DNA from: a virus
Strand: one strand, 5' to 3'
DNA length: 46,871 nucleotides
Virus record (IMG/VR): IMGVR_UViG_3300043104_000084
Positions within the stretch are counted from its first letter, which is position 1; the number at the start of each line of letters is the position of its first letter. Positions 40,670-46,871 of the stretch are shown piece after piece. A model generated the notes under the pieces. The model did not search any database. It saw nothing but the letters and a program-made list of their open reading frames with translations, and had not been told where the DNA came from. The position numbers and the translations under genes were made by a program.

Positions 40670-41023
40670 CTATCGCTTATTTGACAGGCTTACAATGTCG
40701 TTGTAATACTTGTTAAGTATCGTTCCTGCCGTTCTTACCTTGTGTTTCGACTTGGTAAGGTTCTCTGTAGTTACCAAGAGTAACCTTGCCTGCGGGTATT
40801 TCTCAATGCTCGCCTTTAAGTATGTTTCCACACTTTCTCTCGTTCCCGTGAATACCGCATTTTCCTTTAATCCAGTATCAAGTGACGGTCCGATATAAAT
40901 AAATCTGTCCTCTGTGGCTGTCATATTTGCCGTTTCCTGCGTCTTTTCCTCTTCGGGTGTAACATTCTCCACCTTTTCATTTTCTACGCTGTTTTCGGCT
41001 TCTGTGGCTTTAATTCGTGCCAT
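40670..41023 (-). CDS. Hypothetical structural-module protein
   Basis: Start at ATG 41023 after AGGAGGGC. Confidence 0.45.
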   Translation of the reverse strand: MARIKATEAENSVENEKVENVTPEEEKTQETANMTATEDRFIYIGPSLDTGLKENAVFTGTRESVETYLKASIEKYPQARLLLVTTENLTKSKHKVRTAGTILNKYYNDIVSLSNKR

Positions 41024-41034
41024 TTCTTGCCCTC

Positions 41035-41508
41035 CTATTCTAAATATTTTGCTACATTTCTTTGTATCTGCGGAAGTTCCCATATCGTCATTGCTTCGGC
41101 AATCTGATATACTTCCAAATCATCATCATAAATAATCGTTTCTATCGGCTTCTGACAGGAATAGCGGTTAGATATAACCACATCTTCCAAAAGGCTTGTT
41201 GTAATCTTTCCAAGCACATTTAGGCATTGTATATAATTCTCCTGCTTGTCCTCCGAAAACGTCACTATGATAATCCGCACCCTTGCTATGTTCTCTTCAT
41301 CATCCGTTTTTGTCGTAAGAAGTTTTAGCAAAATGTATGGTGCTTGTTTGCTCTCTGCTTCCTTGTCGGGCAGATTGCCGATAAAAACTCTTGGCGGTCT
41401 TTCTCCGGGTTCGCTTCCGTTCTCGCTTACCCTCGATACCAAAATCATATCCTTTGTTTTTTCTTCGCAATATGCCTTTAGTGACTGCATGAGGTCTAAC
41501 GGTGTCAT
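41035..41508 (-). CDS. Putative tail terminator/neck protein
   Basis: 157 aa. Assigned by position only. Confidence 0.4.
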   Translation of the reverse strand: MTPLDLMQSLKAYCEEKTKDMILVSRVSENGSEPGERPPRVFIGNLPDKEAESKQAPYILLKLLTTKTDDEENIARVRIIIVTFSEDKQENYIQCLNVLGKITTSLLEDVVISNRYSCQKPIETIIYDDDLEVYQIAEAMTIWELPQIQRNVAKYLE

Positions 41509-41511
41509 GTC

Positions 41512-42126
41512 TTACCCTCCGTTCTTATTTAGCAACCTTTCTATTTCGTGGTCGATTCTCTGATTGATTACCTCGTTTACTCTGTCCTCCACGGTCTGCA
41601 TTACTTTATCGTTGCCTACCATTTGCGGTACTGCCGGAGATAGCAACTCTTTGAGCGTTTCCGTATGTTTGTTTCTTCCACTTCCACGGCTTGCGGAGTA
41701 TTTCCCCTCTTTACGCTGAAAGATACCGATATGCCCCGATTTCATTTGTGCCACAAAAACATCTTTCCTGTTCGCAAATGCTACTAGGCTACTTGCCTTT
41801 AATACTGCTGCACTCGGCGTTTTCTTCCTCTGCGGTGTTTTAGGCGATACCTTAAACTTTATAAGCGGTATCACTCCGCCCGAATACTTAATGCTGCCTA
41901 TAATTCCGTCCCCGGATTCAGACACATTTTTGTACTCCAACCGACCCTTGCTGTTAAAATCCGCTGCGGATATGTGGTAAGTCTGCCGTACTGCCTTTCC
42001 TGCTGCCGTCTTTCCTGCCATAAGTCCTCTTGTGAGAGCGGGTTTTAATACTTTCTTGTCTGCGTCCTGTACCCCTGCAAGTATGGCGTGTATCCTGTCT
42101 AAATTCTGCTCGCTAACCTCAATCAT
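41512..42126 (-). CDS. Tail completion protein, lambda gpZ-like
   Basis: 204 aa. N-terminal ...ILAGVQDADKKVLKPALTRGLMAGKTAAGKAVRQTYHIS... resembles minor tail protein Z. Confidence 0.5.
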   Translation of the reverse strand: MIEVSEQNLDRIHAILAGVQDADKKVLKPALTRGLMAGKTAAGKAVRQTYHISAADFNSKGRLEYKNVSESGDGIIGSIKYSGGVIPLIKFKVSPKTPQRKKTPSAAVLKASSLVAFANRKDVFVAQMKSGHIGIFQRKEGKYSASRGSGRNKHTETLKELLSPAVPQMVGNDKVMQTVEDRVNEVINQRIDHEIERLLNKNGG

Positions 42127-42467
42127 TACTCGTCAAACCTTTCTAAACTTAAAATCAGTTCGTTATACTCCGTTCGCTCGTCCTCAATCTTGTATAGTTC
42201 GCCCTCTATCCATATCCTCGCCCCCTGCCGTGGCTCTTTCTCAAAATCGGAAAGTTTCGCCCTCACAACGGTTATATCTTGGACTATTCCCTCTGCGTTG
42301 TCTGCAACTGTATCTTTTCGGCTTTTCATTTCCTCCAAATCAAATATGACGGGAATGTTTTTTACAACCCCGTCATACTTAATTCTTTTTACCTCTGCAA
42401 ACTCGCCTGTGTTGTAGAATGTTCCCAAGTCGGTATCAAGCATTTCCTTAAAATTTTTCATAGGCAC
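42126..42467 (-). CDS. Head-tail adaptor/joining protein
   Basis: 113 aa, immediately after the major capsid gene. Confidence 0.45.
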   Translation of the reverse strand: MPMKNFKEMLDTDLGTFYNTGEFAEVKRIKYDGVVKNIPVIFDLEEMKSRKDTVADNAEGIVQDITVVRAKLSDFEKEPRQGARIWIEGELYKIEDERTEYNELILSLERFDE

Positions 42468-42473
42468 ACCGCC

Positions 42474-43529
42474 TTAACATACCTCTGCAATGTACCAAGA
42501 ATCCACCTCATGCGGTACGCAAAGAGGGGCAGAATTTAACTGAACAAAACGCCTTGCCGGACTTCTCTTTACCCACTGCTCCGGTACTCTCGCTCCCTCT
42601 TCTACTCCAATGCTCTTTCCCTGCTCGTCCACGATTCCAACCGCACCGTAGTACATTGAGTATCTCGCTTCCGTGGAAAGAAGAGCAACAATGTTAGCAG
42701 GAAGTAACGGCTTATCCTCCGGCTTCGCCTTGTCCGTCCAGTTATCCAAGTACCACTCGTTGTATGTGTAAATATCCATTGCTAACTCATGGATTGTACC
42801 CACATAAGTAGCACCGTTCGGCAACTCTTTAGGTGCGATTACTGCAACTTCAAACCGTCTTACATCAAGCACTTTCTGTACTTCCTCGTCTGACAAGAAC
42901 GCTTCCAATGCGTCCGCACCCATAAGGCAGATATTGCAGTTTACAAAACCTGTTTTCTGCACCTGCTTTCTCCACGCCTTTAACTGTGCGATTTTTCCGC
43001 CCTGTTTCTTGTTCCATTTATCAGCGTCCTTTAACTTTTCGGTGTTGGTAAAGTTAAAATCAATCTCTGCCTGTAACTCCTTTCCGTCCTTATCAAGAAT
43101 CGGAATCTTGCCAGTAAACAACGCTTGGCAGCACATCCACTCTTCACGGCGTGTAATCATTTCGTCCAGTTCTGCAAAGTCACGCTGCAACTTCTCTACT
43201 GCACGCTGATTAGGACTTTTGCCGTTGTAAAGGCTCTCCCCCGGTGTACGCTTCAAAATATCGTCAACCGTTGTAATCTTGTTCGGTGCTACAAGTGGCG
43301 GTTCGTAGGTGCTTGTCTGGAATCCCTCGTTGTCGATTGTCGCACCGCCGATTTTCTTATGTACGAACGGTGCTAACTGTCTGTTTCCTTTCTTAAAATC
43401 CACATCAATTTTTGCGGTATCGAATGTTTCCACGTTTCTGAAAAACGTGTCCTTGATGAATGTATGCACTTTCGGCATACGCTCAACCAATTTACCCATT
43501 GTTCTAGGGTCGTAAATGCTGATTGCCAT
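42474..43529 (-). CDS. Major capsid protein, lambda gpE family
   Basis: 351 aa. N-terminal ...FIKDTFFRNVETFDTAKIDVDFKKGNRQLAPFVHKKIGG is typical of the gpE family. Confidence 0.85.
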   Translation of the reverse strand: MAISIYDPRTMGKLVERMPKVHTFIKDTFFRNVETFDTAKIDVDFKKGNRQLAPFVHKKIGGATIDNEGFQTSTYEPPLVAPNKITTVDDILKRTPGESLYNGKSPNQRAVEKLQRDFAELDEMITRREEWMCCQALFTGKIPILDKDGKELQAEIDFNFTNTEKLKDADKWNKKQGGKIAQLKAWRKQVQKTGFVNCNICLMGADALEAFLSDEEVQKVLDVRRFEVAVIAPKELPNGATYVGTIHELAMDIYTYNEWYLDNWTDKAKPEDKPLLPANIVALLSTEARYSMYYGAVGIVDEQGKSIGVEEGARVPEQWVKRSPARRFVQLNSAPLCVPHEVDSWYIAEVC

Positions 43530-43551
43530 AATGTTTTATTCTCCTTTTCTT

Positions 43552-43908
43552 TTACTTGCTTGCGTTTTCAGTATCCACCAAGAAAATATTTAATTTTCTG
43601 AACGGTGCTTTAAAGTCCGCTGCGGTAGTTCCTGCCGGGACTTCGATAGAATCCCCGAAAAACTGACCTGTCAGATAGATTACTACCTCTTCGCCCTCTT
43701 CGGCGTTTTCCGCTGCCAAACCGTAAACATTTGCTACCGTGTCTGATGTAACGGCTTTTAATTTTCCGTCCTCTCCAAGTACCACGGGCATAAGTTCAAC
43801 GATTGTTTCCCCCTCTGCCACCGTGCCCGAATCGGTCACAACCGGAAAATCCCCGGCGTGTACCATTTTAGGCTCATAACTTCCTAACAATTCTTTTCCT
43901 GCTGCCAT
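43552..43908 (-). CDS. Head decoration protein (lambda gpD-like)
   Basis: 118 aa, between the protease and the major capsid gene. Confidence 0.55.
   Translation of the reverse strand: MAAGKELLGSYEPKMVHAGDFPVVTDSGTVAEGETIVELMPVVLGEDGKLKAVTSDTVANVYGLAAENAEEGEEVVIYLTGQFFGDSIEVPAGTTAADFKAPFRKLNIFLVDTENASK
43823..43839. repeat. 17-nt palindrome copy 7: GTGCCCGAATCGGTCAC
   Basis: Encodes VTDSGT at residues 24-29 of the decoration protein. Confidence 0.9.
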
Positions 43909-43922
43909 TATCCTTTACCTCC

Positions 43923-45068
43923 TTATTTTGTCTGCGGATACATCTTGTCGATAATATCCCCGAACGGGTCCTCTTCTTCTCCTGCTCCGCCCTTGTTTGA
44001 TACAGGTGCTACATCCTTAACCCCGGAATCTTTTACATCTTTCTCACGGTCATTTAAGAATGTTGCCCCCTTTTCTTTCTGTGCTGCCACAATCTGCATG
44101 GCGAACGCTTCCGCACTTACAGGTGTTTCAAACTTTGCCTTGTTTGCCAAGTCCTCAAATCCCGGCAATGTCAGATTGTCGATTGCCTGTATTCTCTTTC
44201 TCTCTGCGTCAACTGCTGCCGTTCCCTCCGTTGCTAACTCCGCCTTAATTTCTGTTTTATAAGCGTTCGCAATTTCCGGGTGCTGTGCTTTAAACTCTTC
44301 CAATGTCATTTTCTTATCCTCCTTTTGGTTATTTTGCATTGGCTTTTTATTATTAAGGCTATTGGAGTAGCCTAATAACCCTTTTGGTACGGTGTGATAA
44401 CCGCTTAAATCAATCTCCACGGAATTAACTATTACCTTTTCCGTGTCCTGTACCTCTGTTTCCACTTCCTCCCCGAACATAACCGCTGTGCAAAATCCCG
44501 CTTCTACCGCTTCCTCTGCGGTGTACCACTTTTCCTCTGTCATAAGAGCCTTTATCTCGTCCTCGGTCTTGTCGGTTCTTGTCTTATAGCAATTCACGAT
44601 TGATTGCTTGATTGTTTCCAGTTCTTCCGCAATCTTCTTTAATTCTGATACATTGTAATACCCTAAAAGTCCTGCTAATGGGTCGTGTATCATAAAAATA
44701 CCGCCCACGCTGATTTCCACCGTATCTCCTGCCATTGCTATAATGGTTGCTGCACTCGCACACCAACCGTCAATTTTTACATTTATCTGTGCCTTGTGTT
44801 CTTTTAGGCGTGTGTAAATCGCCACCGCTGCGAACACATCCCCACCGCCCGAATTGATACGCACGGTTATTTCATCCACGGCCCCAACCTCTTTAAGGTC
44901 TTTGTTAAACTCTTCCGGCGTTATCTCATCCCCATACCATGAATAATCTGAAATTTCGCCATACAAGAGCAATTCCGCCGTGTTGTTTTCCTTGTTCGCT
45001 ACAATGTTCCAAAACCTGTTGACCTCCGCCTTATTCTTCGGCTTCGCCCTCTCCCTCCCCGCTGTCAT
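43923..45068 (-). CDS. ClpP-like head maturation protease fused to scaffold domain
   Basis: INSGGGDVFAAVAIY...DGWCASAATIIAMAGD...MIHDP. Start uncertain: ATG 45068 was chosen, which overlaps the portal 3' end. Confidence 0.75.
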   Translation of the reverse strand: MTAGRERAKPKNKAEVNRFWNIVANKENNTAELLLYGEISDYSWYGDEITPEEFNKDLKEVGAVDEITVRINSGGGDVFAAVAIYTRLKEHKAQINVKIDGWCASAATIIAMAGDTVEISVGGIFMIHDPLAGLLGYYNVSELKKIAEELETIKQSIVNCYKTRTDKTEDEIKALMTEEKWYTAEEAVEAGFCTAVMFGEEVETEVQDTEKVIVNSVEIDLSGYHTVPKGLLGYSNSLNNKKPMQNNQKEDKKMTLEEFKAQHPEIANAYKTEIKAELATEGTAAVDAERKRIQAIDNLTLPGFEDLANKAKFETPVSAEAFAMQIVAAQKEKGATFLNDREKDVKDSGVKDVAPVSNKGGAGEEEDPFGDIIDKMYPQTK

Positions 45069-46674
45069 TTCCGGGGTTGTCCTGTCTGTCTGCGTCCTTG
45101 TCGGGGTCGGTATCTTCGTCTGATTCCTTATCCCGATTATCCGCATTTGCTTTTTTCGCATTTTTGCTTACCTCCTGCATTAGTTCCTCTTCTCGTTTAC
45201 GCTGCTTGATGTTTTTGTAGAAGTCTGTGCCTGTAAGTTCTGTAGTTTCCCTTTCTCTTGTAGAGAAACCGCCCTGTACCCTTAATTCTGCTGCTTCTAC
45301 TTCCTTTTTCGGGTCTAACTGCCCCGCTGCCGGTCCGTTCCATTCTGCCGAACAATAAGCGTCTTTGATTATCGGGTCGTTAAAAAAACCGGGTGCGTAT
45401 ATCCTGCCTTTTGCTACGGCTTCGCTTAACCATTCCTCATAGATTGGTTGGCAAAAATCAGCCACGAACCACGCCCGGTACATCTTTATAACCTTGAAAA
45501 ATTCAAGGATTGCTGCCCTTGACGCTGAATAATTGTTAGAAAATGCCATAATCAGTATTTCGTATGGAATCTCCAACGCTGCCCCTATCTGCTTGATTAC
45601 CGCCATAACAAAGGGGTCAAAGTTCGGGTTCGGTCTGCCGGGGTTTACCATGTTTGCTTTTTCTCCCTCCCCAAGGTCGATTACTGCCCCCGGTGCAAGT
45701 TCTATACTGTTTTCGTCCTCACGGTCAACTTGCATTTCTTCCGGTATGACCTCTCCAAACGCCCCCTCGTCACTTGCACTCTCTTTTTCGATAAACACGG
45801 TAAAAAGTCCGTTAATGACCGCTGCCAAAACCTCCGCTTCCGTGTATCGTCCTAACTGTTTTATCGTTTCGATAACAGGCGATAAAAAAGGAACGCCCCG
45901 GACTTGCCCGATTCGCTCCCTGTTCATAATGTGTAAAACATTTCTCCTGCCTGTCTTTCTTCCAAACGCTTCTACTCTTACCCATTCTCTAGGCTCTCTG
46001 TCTTGGAAAGACAACGGATGAAATTTTGAAATGTGGTACGCTACTACCTCTCCGTCTTTGTTCTTTTCCACGCCCTCGCAAAACAGGGGATTGACCGTCT
46101 GATTGTCCGGTGTACTTACCCTGTCTGCTTCGATAAGGTTGATTCTAAGGTCGTATACGCTTCCTTTCCTGTTCGTGGTAGTCATAAGTGCAAACGAATC
46201 TCCACTAAGCAGGGCATTTAACAACGCCAACTGCTGCAACTGGTAGAAATTATCCAACCTTTCAAGGTCACAATTTACGCTGTTCGCCCAATGTGCAAAC
46301 TCTCTTTCTATCTGCTCTTCTAAATCCGTTGCCTGTTTTTCTGTAAGTCCTAATACGCTGCCGTCAATCGTACTTTTAAGGTGCAACCCTACGCCTACCG
46401 TGTTTGTTCTAAGGCGTTTTATTGCCCCTGTAGCAAGATTTGACCCTCCATAATACAAATCACGGCTACGCTGTCGCAAAGTGTCAACGTGTTCCTCTAT
46501 GTCCTCCCTGTGGCTACCTCCGCCGTGCGTCCACCCGATTACGGCTTTTTTTGTTCCGTTTGCTCCGTAGTTTCCGTATCCGCTATCAATGATTGCCGAC
46601 TTTCTCCGTGCAACCTGTCTTTTTAACCCTGCTTCCGGGGAAATAGCCATTATTGCTTTATCTAACAGATTCAA
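45031..46674 (-). CDS. Portal protein, lambda gpB family
   Basis: Family-typical N-terminus NLLDKAIMAISPEAGLKRQVARRK. Start proposed at TTG 46674 after AAGGAG; the alternatives are ATG 46701 and the track start 46740. Confidence 0.85.
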   Translation of the reverse strand: MNLLDKAIMAISPEAGLKRQVARRKSAIIDSGYGNYGANGTKKAVIGWTHGGGSHREDIEEHVDTLRQRSRDLYYGGSNLATGAIKRLRTNTVGVGLHLKSTIDGSVLGLTEKQATDLEEQIEREFAHWANSVNCDLERLDNFYQLQQLALLNALLSGDSFALMTTTNRKGSVYDLRINLIEADRVSTPDNQTVNPLFCEGVEKNKDGEVVAYHISKFHPLSFQDREPREWVRVEAFGRKTGRRNVLHIMNRERIGQVRGVPFLSPVIETIKQLGRYTEAEVLAAVINGLFTVFIEKESASDEGAFGEVIPEEMQVDREDENSIELAPGAVIDLGEGEKANMVNPGRPNPNFDPFVMAVIKQIGAALEIPYEILIMAFSNNYSASRAAILEFFKVIKMYRAWFVADFCQPIYEEWLSEAVAKGRIYAPGFFNDPIIKDAYCSAEWNGPAAGQLDPKKEVEAAELRVQGGFSTRERETTELTGTDFYKNIKQRKREEELMQEVSKNAKKANADNRDKESDEDTDPDKDADRQDNPGNDSGEGEGEAEE

Positions 46675-46730
46675 CCGCTTATATCTCCTTTCTGCACACA
46701 TTTTATGCGTTGCAAATTCCCGATTGCATG

Positions 46731-46772
46731 AAAAAAGCACCCTCGGAACGCTTTATATCTTCCTTTGGTGCT
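46731..46772 (-). terminator. Leader hairpin plus U-run downstream of late promoter copy B
   Basis: Minus strand AGCACC-25 nt (with inner GGAA/TTCC)-GGTGCT then TTTTTTC. Weak stem. Confidence 0.3.
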
Positions 46773-46871
46773 TTGCTATTATACATAATATCATAAAAAA
46801 TCGGGCAATGGCGGGCAATCTTTTATAAATCTCTCGGCACTACCCTAAATATCCTGTTTCTGCCCTTTTTA
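46745..46871. repeat. Second copy of the 127-bp assembly overlap
   Basis: Identical to 1..127. Confidence 0.95.

Overview
The window is one complete, circularly closed phage genome. Bases 1..127 are identical to 46745..46871, so the unit length is 46,744 bp; the 127-bp overlap looks like an assembler k-mer overlap, not a biological terminal repeat. All of the roughly 75 credible genes are on the minus strand.

Gene order, reading the minus strand:
- Lambda-like packaging/head module: YjcR-like HTH protein, Nu1-like TerS, GpA-type TerL, gpW, portal, ClpP-like protease/scaffold, decoration protein, gpE-type major capsid, adaptor/completion proteins.
- P2/Mu-like contractile tail: sheath, tube, chaperone with a -1 frameshift, tape measure, X/D/V/U/W/J/I baseplate set, fibre collar protein.
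- Diversity-generating retroelement (avd-TR-RT) feeding a receptor-binding protein (VR1) and a second target about 8 kb away (VR2).
- Lysis cassette, Arc/RHH regulator island, and an IS30-family transposase.
- Early/accessory region: small Cys-rich proteins, two YopX-like proteins, HUH Rep-like protein, radical SAM, DEDD exonuclease, ASCH, DUF4406-like, RecU-like, frameshifted Dcm.
- ParA/ParB region, then a sigma-r4/ArpU-like late regulator.

RBS style (GGAGG) and gene families (XkdX, YopX, ArpU-like) point to a Gram-positive, Clostridia-like host. No tyrosine or serine integrase is visible, so a phage-plasmid lifestyle is plausible.

Most interesting signals:
1. The two-target DGR.
2. A 17-nt near-palindrome present seven times around the circle. 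Five copies are written into unrelated genes in one reading frame (V-T-D-S-x-T). It is a candidate dispersed centromere or DNA-level site.
3. An 18-bp perfect palindrome in eight copies. It fills the spacers of consensus promoters in four intergenic regions around an RHH gene, the rep gene and the par operon.
4. A single plus-strand promoter-terminator unit predicting a ~70-nt antisense RNA next to rep.
5. Poly-G tracts that break the dcm gene and sit in an exported-protein gene, plus a 130-codon +1 ORF inside dcm.
6. Two copies of a late promoter with a TTGCCCG direct repeat, each followed by a leader hairpin.

All family assignments come from motif reading by eye; no searches were run.
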